A stretch of DNA of 64,000 bases from Trichoplax sp. H2 (taxonomy: Eukaryota), in contig NOWV01000021.1 of assembly GCA_003344405.1 (NCBI GenBank), positions 372,001 through 436,000 of the forward strand, written 5' to 3'. Both the position numbers and the translations under genes were made by a program. The notes beneath the pieces are model-generated. The model was not told where the DNA came from. It saw only the letters and a program-made list of their open reading frames with translations, and ran no database searches. Of the stretch, positions 1-13,900 are shown piece by piece (position 1 is the first letter of the stretch; each line of letters opens with the position of its first letter).

Positions 1-107
1 TAAATGCTCATAAAATCCAGAAATAATAAGCAATTAATGACAGGTAATAGCTTATTGACTATTTCTATTTTGCTTTCTATTGCTCAGCCTATGTTAATTA
101 ATTATGC

Positions 108-150
108 ATATGTTACGGTCTATAGACCGTAACATATAGACCGTAACATA
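108..150. repeat. Perfect 30-bp palindrome plus a 14-bp tandem copy
   Basis: ATATGTTACGGTCTA|TAGACCGTAACATAT spans 108-137. TAGACCGTAACATA is repeated at 123-136 and 137-150. Confidence 0.9.
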
Positions 151-2628
151 TATATTAAATTGCCATAGATCAGTTGATTACAGTCTGTAATTCAAACGCA
201 CAACTATAAGCTATGTAGTTTAGAAAAACTGGTATAATTATTTGATAAGGATTGATGACTAGGAATAAACTGTGTTATAGTGATGCACTTCGTTTTTAAC
301 TATAAGGATAGCTATATTTGATATAGTTAGATTACTAAGAATAGATATTATCGTGAAGCTAATATTAGATGATTGATAACTACTGCTGTATTTTAGAAAT
401 TCTAGATGACTAATATTAGCCTGTTGATTAATTATAGTATGAGATTTACGTGACTAGAAAAACTATAATTGTGAAGATGCCCAACACCGAAAGGTGCTGG
501 ACATTAATAGAGGAGTAGTGATATCATAAGTAGGACGATTCGGATTGTAGAAGATAATGATATTCTATTTGACAATAGCATTCTCTTTGACGATTCAAAT
601 CTGATAGAAGATTAATTAAGTTGTTATAAATGGATTTGACGAAATATATTTAAGAAATGCTGAGATGAACTCATATAGAGAAAAGAGATTTCACGTCACT
701 TTGAACTCAGAATACTTTAGATTTCAGACTAGATCCTGGTAGTAATTAATTATTGCTCTACCATTCCTAAAATCTTGTAATAAAGCCTTTTAGAAAATAT
801 CATTTGATTAAGACAGTCACTGTGAGACACTTTTATTACAGTATAGATTTAAAGATTTACGTACATTATTTTACACTACTTCTCAAATTTATCGCCGAAA
901 AAAGAAGTCTAATATAAAGAAAATTGTTCTTATTCTTTGTACTTTTTTAGTATCAAGACTATGCATCCATTAAAATAACCGTATTGTTATCATGCAGCAA
1001 TTACTCAGTTTATGATAGGTGAAGTTGGGCGGTTCGATTCTCAGATAAATAAGGCAATAATAGCCATTAGTGTAGAAGCTTTACTCGTCTTTATTCTTAT
1101 GAATGAAATTTCACAAAACCCTAAAAATTTTTTTAACTTACTGTACTCTGCAATATCACGTAATACTATAAAAACAACTGACAAATTATTTTTATGGCCC
1201 ATCTCGACCAAAGTAGAAATAAATTAGCCTGCTTGTGTTCTTCAGATTTGATATTACTCACAAAGGCGATGTTTTATATAAATGAAAAAAAATAGATTTT
1301 CTTTTAACTGCTAAATTATCTCAATGATTCCCTTCAGAACAGAAAAGTACCTTTACATTTTACTCAGCGTATATTCGTAAATAACTATAAATGTCATTAT
1401 TTGTTATTTAGATGAATGTAAATGAATTTTCATTCTACTTGCTGAGAATATCATATGATATTTTTCAGAACAGAAAAACAACTAGTAATGTTACCCCTAT
1501 GTGTATCTCATTAGCAATTTTATAAAATTAGATTTTTAGTATTGTACTTGCCGCACGCTTCAATTTTTATTTTCACCTATTAAAGAACTTCAATAGTACT
1601 GGTTATAATAAAAGAATATCCATTCATACTATATTATATAGTACTATATAATAAATAGTTGTCGACCTATTGTGCACGCAAGCCATTATCATTTTTTCGA
1701 TATGCAAAACACGTAAAAATTATTATAACTATATTTCTTCATCTATTTGCAAAGAACTGAAATTTATTTACTAGTTGGTGTTATAAAATAATAAACAACA
1801 ATTTTGCTATTTAATGTCTAATATTCTTTTCAATAATAAAGATTAGTAGTAAGTGTAATTGCTAAAACTGTCTTTCCTTTCATTTCGAGATTCAGATTAC
1901 AGATTTTCATTCACCTTAAAATAAATGGATATTAATATTTATAACAGCTAAGTTGGGAAGGTAGTAAGCTGATAGCACTAAAGTTTTAAACGTGTTTAAG
2001 GTATTACAGTATATGCTGTGAAGCAATGGAAAAGGGTCTTTTCCATCTTGTAGCATATACGAAGACCAATATTATATTAGTAGATTAAATTTTCATATAC
2101 ATATCTAATACTATTTTAACTTGTAAAGTACTAAATAACCTGACAATTTCTTATTACAAACGAGGACTATTATGATTTCTAAAGCAAAATTATGCTAATA
2201 AAATACGGTTTATTGGATATTAATCCATCGTATTTCTATCAATTGTTAACCTAATTAATGCTAATAAAAACAAATCAGAAATTAATCCAATTGTATTTCT
2301 CTTCATCAAGTCATTAAAAAAATTCTAATGCAAATACAGTGAGTCTTACATTATATCTAATTAATATTCAAATGCTTTTATAATATTGATTATACATAAA
2401 GTACGGTCATAAATAACTGTCTTCCTATTTATGATAGATGAAGATTTCTATGATATCTAATACCAAATATTGCTAATCAATATTAACCCAATTGTATTTC
2501 TTATCATTTAATTCATTAAAAATTCGAGAGCAAATATATTTATAATTAAAATTTAATCAACTTATTAATAGTCCATTTATATGCGCTTGCGTAGTGACCA
2601 GGTGTTCCCAGCTGTTGTTGCGGCACCT

Positions 2629-2642
2629 GTTGCCTTAGCAAC
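2629..2642. promoter_or_regulatory. RFX X-box (ciliary gene promoter element)
   Basis: GTTGCCTTAGCAAC is a near-palindromic match to the X-box consensus GTTGCCATGGCAAC. It lies in a locally GC-richer patch about 320 bp upstream of the ATG at 2961. Confidence 0.75.
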
Positions 2643-2960
2643 AAGTTGCAGCATCTTCAATACAATCAATGATTACGACCTAGTTAGGTTGCTAATTGAG
2701 CGATTTCATATTAATGTAGTTGAATTGGCCTAGGCTAAGAGCTATCAAGAAGTTATACTATTTCATATACTCGGATAACTTTGGAATTGGATGCTAGTGT
2801 CACATTTTATTTTCCATTAACTTGCAGTTAAATTAACCATCAGAAGTTGATTGTATTAGCAATATTTTTAATTCGCTAGATTATAAAGTCCTAGAAAATA
2901 ACTCACTATTTAATATAAGATTAATTTACGTATCACTGTCACTCCTTCAAAATTGTAAAG

Positions 2961-5900
2961 ATGTCGTCAACAACTATCCACGATCAGATGATTCGAAATA
3001 GACGAGAGAACCTGTATGGCATCAACAGAAAGCTAGAACAAAATGGTATAAAAACATTGCTACGAGAAGATCATGTCTTTCTACAGGGCGAATATTCTGG
3101 AGATCAGCCTGATATATTGTGGACTAGTGAGACAGCAAACGCCTATTTTAAGGTAATTTAGTTTCATCGTCTTGATAGAAAAGATAATCCTACATGCAAA
3201 AGAATCCAGCTTATCGTATGTTTAAATAGAGATCATCTCATTCTTCTTGCCAGGCTAAGAGTATTGATAAATATAATATACAAACTGATCTCACACACTT
3301 GCTAATGTAGTAGAGACAGACTATAGTAAAAATGCATCTAAACTCAACTCTATTTTGATATAACTGTATCCACACCACCTATATGTTAGCACCGAACATT
3401 AGTATATATAACTAATGCAATCAGCAGTGGAAACAGAATAATTTATGTTGTTAATGAAATTATTTAATTATTATAATATCGCGAATGCTTTATTTGCCTA
3501 AACTACAATAAATTTCGGTGCGATCTAGGAGTATTAATGAATTAATAGCCAATCATAAACTCTAGTGACCAAAGCAGGCTGTCGGAATAAGCACAAATCA
3601 CGACAAGGGGGTTATCATTTAAGTATGTTACTCTAAATACAAATTTGTAGAGCCATCCACCATTAATTTCCTTCTACAAACTAATATAATTATACTGTAT
3701 AATGGCAGTAGATATTTGTAATATTTATGATTAATAGCGACTACTCTCTATATATACCAGATAGCCTTGCTGACTTAGTCTTTAGCACTCTGTAATCTGA
3801 CACTTATTAAACGATCAAATTATTCTACTTAATGGACTTTCGCAAGTATAGAAGTCCGATTATAATAAATTAGTCTGTGGTCAGAGTATTGAGAAGATTA
3901 TCAAATTATTTTTTATCATGAATTTATCAAGCTTAAACTGAATTAATACAGACCAATGCATGTGATCAAGCTATTTTCCGTCGTGATATTCTTAAGCTTA
4001 AAATTTGATTAATGTAAACTAACCTGATATTGCTAGCTGTAAAACGCAGATATCTCGTATAGAAGATATTCAGGTTCCATACTTTCTTACTTAGTACTTT
4101 AGACATTCAAAATAGCCATTAGGAGGGTACTGTATATCGGTGAATAACAGTAAGATTAAGTTACGGCTGAGTACGATGGGGTTAGCCAAAATTGTACATT
4201 ATGCATTCAAAAATTTAACGAATCGTTTTTGCTTCGCTATAGAAATTATTATTATGAAAGCTGCATATGTGCACACCTCCTCGCAAATAATTATTCTCGA
4301 ATAATTCTTAAATTTTTTATCGCTACGATAGTGATTGTAGTATATAAATGAAAATTTTCAACCGAACCTCTCGTTTATAACAATCATATATAGTTTCTAA
4401 ATTTAAATCATGAGAGTTGAATTGATTACGCTAGTAGTATTCAAAATACGAGTTGCTGGGATCGAATGCATCAACTACCTAAGACTTTCATGTGATAGAA
4501 CAAATCTGATTTTTTACTTCATAACTTTAAACTCTATAGCAAAGGGCCGTTGAAAATACTACAAGCGATGAAAGAAAAAGAATATCTAAAAAATTAGTGG
4601 TGAGTATATTACAGAAAGCGATTGCTTAATACCACTAGATGACCGAGAATTCTGTTTGGTACTAATTTTTTCGTCATTAAATTCTAGGCTACAACCCATT
4701 TTAAGCTTGGATCAGATTATGATGCTTATAAGCAACAATCCCTTAATAAAGATGATTTCCAAGCTAAAGCATATTCTAAGGTAGGGTACAGTATGGTGAC
4801 CAATGATTCGTAATATTAGAAGATTTTGCATATTGAATTACCATGTTATTACAAGATTGAGCTTTTCTTGCTAAGATTGATCATCATAATATCAATGATT
4901 GAAATTATAATATAATTTGACATACTTTTAACAAATATTGCAATAATTCATTATTCGTTATATAGCTAATCCAAAATATTACATAAAATGACATTTTGGT
5001 GCATTATACGAAATAGTTGTCATATTTTAGTCTAATTTCTTTCTAGTATCATTCGATCTTAAAATCAACCTATTATCAAATATAGTTAATAAGGAGCCCT
5101 AGCGATACTAAAAGAATCTAATGTTTTATAATTACTTTCAATTTAAACAGCTACAACCACTACGACAGGAAATGAGTAAAAGTCATATTAATGTAAGTTC
5201 ATAATTAATGTATCTATTACTGCATTAGATAACAGTTTATTCTGCAATCATAATTTTACACGAAAATTATTTACCTATTTCTACTAATCGATCTAAAATA
5301 TTAATATAGAATCAAGTTAGATACTTATAATAAATAATTAGACAAAGAGACAGATACAGCTTTAAATAAAATTTTTTACTACTATAACACTATAGGAATT
5401 AACTGGCCAATATGCAACAGAAAAAAACTTTGGTAAATCGGTCTATAGTGAGAATTATACTCAGGATGAGGTATAGTATTATTGCGTTGAAAGATTTTAA
5501 GATTATCTTACTATTTTTACAATACCTATAGGCGTTAGTATACTCTATTATCATTCAATATCATTTTAAATAGGCATGGCAAAAGTGGAAAAATGATTCT
5601 TCAAATATCAGTAAAGATACGACTAAAGAAGAAACACGTGAACTTATTAAGAACTTGAGATCGACGCACTTTTCACTAGGCAGTGATCCCTCAGTTAGGT
5701 AAGTCCTCCAAATTTTCTAAATGCTTACCTTCCGTATCCCTAACTAGAATAAATTAATCAAGAAGTGATGAGTATTTGCAACTTGCACTATCCTTATCAT
5801 TGTCATAATGTTATTTCACATGCTTATTTATACTAGATTCGAAACTCAAAGTAAAAATGATTACGTTAAGCTCCCATTTGTTGCCCATCAAACTCCTGTT

Positions 5901-8900
5901 GGCTCTAAAACTCTACTTAAAAGCGGCCAATCGCATGTTTTTCGAGATGGTGATTACAATCGCGATCATAATCTGGCTACAAAACGATCGACTATGACCC
6001 GTGATTTTCGTCATAATGAGAGTAAATCGAGTAATGCAACAGCATCAGCTCTTTCTGGAAAGCTTGATCCAAGAGATTTTAGTTTCAAACATCAACTTAA
6101 TTCTGCGGATATTTATGGGTATATAATCGAAAGATAATTTCCTTATTCAGTAGCTTTACTTCGATTACTTGTTAGCTTGTTCTGATGTTTAGAATTCTTC
6201 CCGTGTATATCAAAATATAACCGGATACAATTGCAATCTATGGTTTTAATTTTTAGTAATTTTAATTATATCTCAAAGATCCTTAGTTATCTTATTTAAC
6301 CGTTTTTATTCATTTCTGGGTGATATAATAGGAGTGGATTTCTACCTATAGCCACATTAAAGGAAATATGCAAGAAAATGAATCTGCAATTAAGTGATAA
6401 TGAGTTTGCAAGCATCATCACGATGTGAGTTGAAATTTCAGTGTACTTCATCATTTCCTATTAATAAATTACCTTAATTTTTCCTATTAGGTGTGATGTA
6501 AACGGTGATGGAAGCATCGATCATCAGCAATTCGCTAATTATGTCCGAAGTAAATCTTTAATATATTTTGAATTATATTGATTCGATCCTATTTGCCTAA
6601 AATAAATATATAACGGGTCTTGATGCTTGCTTGCAGACGTCTTAAATCGAAGAGATGACGAAGTATTGGTGAAAAAAATAAAAAGTGGCTATATAGGCCA
6701 TCAAGAAGGTGACCGATCGAAGAATTTTCACGAAATCCATAAAATGAATATAGCCCACAACATTACAGTAAGTTGCAGAAAAGATCTAAATTGAACAGTT
6801 TAGTTTGACTCTGTAGAAGCTAATCGGTTTTGATATAAATGAATTTTCTGCTCCTTCGATTTATAAGTACTAAACAATACATAACTACGTGGATTTACAA
6901 AATGTAGTTATAGTAGATATGGATAGAAATTACGCGATTGAAGATACCAATACGCACATTTAGTATATCTAGCGTATAATTAATTAGGCTGGTTACCCAA
7001 TAACCTAGAATAGAATTTTTATATTTCTTTCATTAAAAGAAAAATACATTCTGAAAATAAAATTCGTAAAATAGAATAGACTATAACTATAGTTTACAGT
7101 TTGTTTGAAGAGTTATAAAATTCTTAGTGATAAGAAAAATTAACTCGCTATTCCTACGATGATCGTGGTGGATGAAGAGTATAAATTATTTATAGTTTGT
7201 TATTTGGCAATTACATCATGAATTAGTGGCATAGTGCATACATAACTATTACAAAGATAAAGAATTTCATATTCTTATATATTGACGATTCGATAGGCTA
7301 ATTTGCAAGTTTAGTATTAAATTAAAATAATTTCTGAATTGATAGAATAACAGTAGGACAAAATTCAATGTCATAGACGCCAAACTTTTTTTCTAACTAG
7401 TATAATTCAGTATGAAAATAGCTTACCCTTTATTTCTTACTAATGTGCAATTTTAATTTTTCTGTTTTTTATTAGTTTGGTAGTACTGATGCAGGCATGG
7501 ATTCCACCTATTTTAAAGGTAGGAAAGTTAAAGAGTTTGAAAATCTGATATTAAATTTGTTCACATCAATACGAGATAGTTCAATTCTCTACTAAATGAA
7601 TTGATTCTATAGCATTTCGAATACATGCACATGCTTACACTTTCCTTATTTAATCTCTTCTAGATTTCGCTGTTGATCATAAAATTGCGCGAAATAAAGC
7701 TTTTAAAGCTCCTACCGATTCTCAATTCATGCATATCGATGAGCATGAGTATTTATCATCGCAACATCAATTAGAATTTGTTAATCATGCAAGCAAGATT
7801 ACGCCTGAAGCGGTAAGTTTTTGAAATAAAGCAATAAGATAAATCCCATCATGCTCCAATTCAAGAAATTTTAAATTCGGTTGCTATTCTTTACGTAACT
7901 ATTAGAAAGCACAACAAGCGAAAGAAATAGAGAATGTCAGAAGTAAACATGTGGCTCAAAATATTAAATTATCATGTAATGATGACATCGCTAAAGAGGA
8001 TAGAATCCAATCAGGTAAAATCAATGTCAAAGTCAAATTCTTAATTTGAGCTATCAGAAGATTAGTTATTTAATTTTAGTGAGCCAAATGAAACATTAGT
8101 AAAGAAATTAAATCTGTTTGATCAAATCTTAACCAATAGTCTCATTTCAACGGATCTCTTTGATTTAAATCAACGAACCAATACTTATTTACGGCACTTA
8201 TTATCATAGTCGCTAAATCTATGTATCATTCTGTTGAATTAGCTTCTAAGTTTATTCCTCAACTAGATGATACTAAGCTGGATATGCATTAATAACTCTA
8301 ATTAAACTCTTACTAAAACAGTAAGCCAAGCGACATTCAAAGGATATGATGGCACTCACAAGCGAAGTCCAGCTGATCTTCTTTCCTCTAAATACAATAC
8401 CTTCAAAGAAGATGGTTTTGATTACCTTCCACCTTCAGAAGCTCAGCAAGCCTATGTACCACCTATTGGTGACATAAGTCAAAGAATCGCTCTATTAAAA
8501 GAGGAACGAGCTAACCAGAAAGTAATGAAAGGGAATGCAATTGGAACACATTTTATTCTTGGATCCGATCCAAGTGGACGAATATCTGAACGCGTAAGAT
8601 AATAATATAAAAATGTTACCATTTCCAGCTTGACAGTTATTTTGATATCCTTTGTCGAATACGTACAATTTATTGCTCTATCTATGACTAAATCTTAGCT
8701 TAATTCTTGAGTAAATTTTTATCCTAAAAATTATCACTGGCATACATTAATTATGTAGCAGTAGAATAAGAACCAGAGTCTTAAAAGTAGAATCTAAGTA
8801 GTATCAGTCATCACGCAATCAGCTATGATAGCATGTCTTAAATACTGAATTTGCTTTATAACTACCTTATTTTAGGACGAAAATTACAATTATACTTGGA

Positions 8901-10509
8901 AAGATATGAAAAATGTTAAAGCTGCTGGCGTCATTGATAAAGCTGTTGCTCCGCCATTTACCCATCTAAATTACAGGTAAATAAAGCTCTTTAAGTAAAT
9001 TATTGGTGGTGGTAGATATCATTGCCATAATCAATATAATTCATATTATAAAGATTTACTCAAGATACTATTATGGATACCTATGCTAGTATAGATGTCT
9101 AACTTATCCTAGTTCGTTCCTTCCATCTGTTCTTTCGTATCCTGTCCTCTATCATTGCTACTTATCAGATTTCACGCTCCCAATATCTATCGCCTATTAT
9201 ATTTACTGCATTCTATTACCAGCTAAGATTATTATTGATAGTATTTAAATAACTATTAAATCTGGAATCAGGATAAATTAACATTTTACGTATGATTATA
9301 TTTTTTATATAGTGATAATGTTGAGATTCGAGATGAAACTGAATTGGACGAAGCAACACTGTTAAAAAATCAATTAGTTGACGAAGCGCGAGTAAAATAC
9401 CTAAATCCAAGAGATCCTTTAAATATGAACATTAGAAGAGCATTCCTTGAATATGATGTTGATGGGTAATGGAAAATTAAAAAGATATAAAATAAGTGGT
9501 TGATGCCTTCACCTATTCTGCTAATTCGCTAGCAAATTCAGTAGTAGGGGACAATAGTCAGCCGTATCTTAAAATTTGAAGTTTCTATATAATCTTTCTT
9601 ATATTTATATTTTTATAGATCTGGCACAATTGATCGATCAGAACTGCAACAAGTCTGTAAAAAACTAAACCTGGTTATAAATGAAGAATTGCTAGATAGG
9701 CTTATGTCAGAGTAAGAGTTAATATTAGCTTAAATAATTCCATGTTGCGATGAATAGAAACTCACCTTTTTAATCCTGATATTATATTTTTAACGTCAAA
9801 TTATAACTACTCTTAGGCATCATTTAAAGTTTGCTGATCAATATTGTTTCCTGTAGGTACGACACAAACGGTGATGGACAAATTGACTATAGTGAATTTA
9901 CAAGATATTTAATCAAGGAAAAGGTTCCTTTAGGGATTAAAAAAACAATCCTAAAATCCGTTCAACAAGATGACTTCAAGCCATTAGACCAGCGAAGGTA
10001 GAATCAAAATATTTTGATTATTAATAATATTAATTGATCTATACATACACGATTCGAAGAAAAAATAATATCAGCAGCTAATCTGCACTAATCCTCAACC
10101 TTTACTGCAGCATATATGCTTATGCCAATGTTATCGAATTATTTTGATTTTTATAGTTGGACGGAAGCTCAAATACGTAATTTTGAAAGTAAGAAAAAAG
10201 AAGAACTTATCCCCTTAATGGATAGCCATTTCTATGCTGGTAGTTATGAAGGTAACTGAAAAATATTTTAACATGTGTTACGGAAATAAACACTTCAAAA
10301 TTATGCCAATCATGCATTCTAACGATGAAATATTTATAAAAATATTCTGCAGAACCGGTAGAATCAATTACTAAAACGGACTTTGTCAGACCGGAATACA
10401 TGCAAGGTAAGCCATCCTGATTCATATTTAATTCTAACAAAAATATGCAGATTTCTAATAACTTAAATGATCTTCTTATGCAGATAAAACTGTTTATCGT
10501 TCGAACTAA
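2961..10509 (+). CDS. Multi-exon axonemal microtubule-inner-protein-like protein (SAXO5/TEX45-like repeats) with two EF-hand pairs
   Basis: GT-AG exons were joined by hand (2961-3152, 4540-4599, 4688-4780, ... last 10484-10509). Recurrent motifs are TTHFKLGSD, STHFSLGSD, GTHFILGSD, SHVFRDGDY and SHFYAGSY. EF-hand pairs are ADIYGSGFLP...CDVNGDGSIDHQQF (~6100-6550) and YDVDGSGTIDRSEL...YDTNGDGQIDYSEF (~9450-9910). The family label rests on motif resemblance only. Confidence 0.75.
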
Positions 10510-10966
10510 ACCGAAATATGTTGGGAATAATATAATAACAGTCTCGAAGATGTATTACGATTATAGTGACGCAATTTTAGATGACGTTTACCAGATGTCT
10601 TTTATATGTATTATTAAACTCTTTAATGTTTTCAATTTACATAAATTCAATTAATCATTAACGGCGTACTGTTATACGTACAAAACCAGACAATAATGCC
10701 AGAGTGGATGGCAGGCATAATTTTTGCAATATACATATCGAAATATACACGCATATGATTTACTGTACAATAGAAATAGATAATTACTTGTGCCAGAACG
10801 ACATTAAATTAAATGCAAATGTCAACTTCATAACATAATTTGATAATTTATGCAGTAATTAATCAAATCATATTTACAAAGTAACCACGGTTGTAACTAT
10901 ATTATCGCCGAAATTTCAATAAATTTTTGTTACCATCATATTAATTCGACATTATATAAAAGTTTA

Positions 10967-13900
10967 TCAAGTAGACAGGCAAGCTTGCTTAATTAGTTTC
11001 TCTCTTTCCGGTGGTATGCAAGTATTTATTAAAAGTGATCTATCATTACCCTCTAAAGGCTTTACGTATCTGAATATGTCTGCTGCCCATACCTGAAATA
11101 TGAAACAATTACAACTCAGCAATTTCCAAATTATTTGAAAGCATAATCTAGAGAATAACTAAAACTTAGAAATCTACTACCTCTCCTTCATGCTGACATA
11201 TTTCCTTGATCATGTACTCCCTAGTGGACAAATTATCTTCTCCACCTTCGAATATGAAATGACTCACATGGTGTACAGCTACGACATATAGAATTGGTGA
11301 CCAGGCAGGCCTGCATTATAACAACTTTTCAGTTCAAGCATTTTATATTTGTCTCATTTTTGGTAAAACTGTACTTAATAATAAACAGATGACTTTTTAA
11401 AACAGAATACAGCTACTCCCTACCTAAGAGACTTTTGTGTTAAAGCCCTTAAATATTTTTTAACAAGTATTACGTCAGTTTCATTTGGCGTTAAATAAAG
11501 TTCCAGATCAAATAAAAGCTATAAAAGTAGTACTAGAATTAGTTTTGATGAAAATGTCATCTAAAATTTTCTTAAATGCATTACTGGTTGTTTACTAAAT
11601 AACAATCTATTAATATATGTTACCTTGTTTAATGGCAGACATAAATGCCTTATAATTCCTACATATTCACCCCATACCAAATGTCGCAGCCTGCGATCAC
11701 AATGTTGCTGCAAAGGCAATAGGATGAATGTAGCAAACAGATAATCACCAAAAGAGACTGCGTCATACTGAGTGAGTAATGATACATACCTGTTTCAATA
11801 ATAATCAAATCAAAATGGCTTAGTACAATGACGGTTTCTACGGATATGTTTTATGAACTTACAAATCATAATAAGATGTGATTCCCGGAATAGGAGCCAT
11901 GAAGTTGATACTAGATAACTGATTACTTTGTACAGAAATACGCAGAAGAACTTCCAGGTACAAATGTATTGTTTGTTGAAAGAATAAGTCACTCCCTAAC
12001 ATTTCAAGATGAAAGAAATTATTAGGTTACATAACACTACACCAATGTAAGTAGGTGTAATTGCAATAACATTCCAATTGCATAAACATGTATTCAATAC
12101 TATATTTCTAGCTTACCAATGAGGAAAGTGCACGATAGCCGTGCAATTTTAGCGGTAATGTCAATCGAAGCCATATAACTAGGATACCAAATCTCCAATA
12201 AGAAGATAAGGCGTAGAGTATTTACAACTACACCCTCCGCATCAGATGTAGCCCTAACGGTAGCATAATTTTCTCCGTCTTGCACAGCATCGCTAAAAGA
12301 TATACGCATATTATCGCACCGCATAAAGTATTTAGCTAACATTTATACTATCTGAATGCAATAACTCACTCATTTAATGAAGCATTGTATAAATCAATAA
12401 GAGGTAGAAACATCCAATCAATAGGAGTTATAGTTGCATGGGGATAAGTAATGATTAAAGAATCAATTTCGAAAGCGTTGGAGTTAAGGAGATTGCTAAA
12501 AAGATAAACAATAGATAGAAACTCAACTTGTTAATAATATCCTTTAGATAATTATCAAATAGTACTCTATTACATCGATTTCTGCAACGTGGCGCTGTCT
12601 TTCCTAAAATATTGTATAATCAAGCCACGAATGGACTGTAAATGGCTAATAGCATCATCGATTGTTTTGGTAAAGTTTGAAGGGCAAGTAAGTGATTCTG
12701 AGGCATCCGTTGAGGTCAGTGTTTTCGCAAATAAGTGGCTGAGGGTATCTGTATCATAACGCACATTACCAACTCTATATTGCATAGGAAGAAATTTTTA
12801 GGCTTTACTGGAAAATATTTAATGAATAATATCACGTTATACGTACAGGAAACCACGACTTTCAATTAAGTGATTAGATGCCAAGTCGAATACAATGTGT
12901 TCATCGCCACGCAAAGCTTCACTTAAGATGAACAACACCGTTTTTTGATAAATTTCTCGGTGCACCGTTAAATCACTATCATCAGTGGAAGCCTATCCAA
13001 AGTTAAAATAATTTCATTAATAAATTGCTCAAGCGATGTAGGAGGGTCACTTGTAGTTGATTTATTACGAGACTTACGATAACGTTATATAATTTCACTA
13101 AGTAGTAATTTAAATGGATTCTTGGCCTATTTAGATAACCTGATATTCCACTCTGTTAGCGTTAGGTTAAATCAATAAATGTAATTGTTAAAAATTTATG
13201 GTAAATTTGTATTAAATTTTTGATTATAAAATTTAATTTACTTTCGTCCTATCATATCTGCTTAACGCTATCATAAATTCCAGAATCTCAGGACGTAAGC
13301 ATAACCATTTAAACTATGATAAAAGTAAAAGTGAAAGTATAGCGTTAGTAGTAATGAAGTGAACACTAATAAATTAGAGTTTATCGAACCTTCCGTGCTA
13401 GTCCTCGATGGAAATTTATAATCGAGAGAGCAAGACGCAGTAACGTACTATACAAATCGCAGAAGCAACCACAGGTAACACATGGGTGATTACATGGATA
13501 TGCATGTAGAAAACGTGGCAAACTTGCAATCTCTTTCATTTGATGATCGGAACTATTATAGTTGTAGCTCAAATTTCTGCAAATAACAGGGCTTTAAGTT
13601 ACATTCCAAGATACACACGTACACGTTATAAATCAAATATATCAACAAAAAATAAATTATAATTATGAGAGCAGATAGGAGTTTTAATTTACCTAAGAGA
13701 CTGCAAAAGGCTAGAAAACAATCGACTCTCAGATATTTTGCACAGGAAATTATTAACAAAGCTTTCCATTTCTTCTAAATTCTCTATTACATTCTTATTT
13801 TGAGTCATCTGTAAACAAAATAACAGTAACCAAGAGAGATATAAAATAAAGTTATTTACAGCATATCTTACATACCTGTCGTTTTAGTCCCTCAATAAAT

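Noticed and set aside
1000..1050. tRNA (GGTTCGATTC T-loop-like word; also GTTCGAC at ~49323)
   Set aside because: No cloverleaf or acceptor stem can be formed.
10445..10654. ORF-track frame as the last exon of the EF-hand gene
   Set aside because: The phase-1 junction puts the last exon in a different frame (DKTVYRSN*), which stops at 10509.
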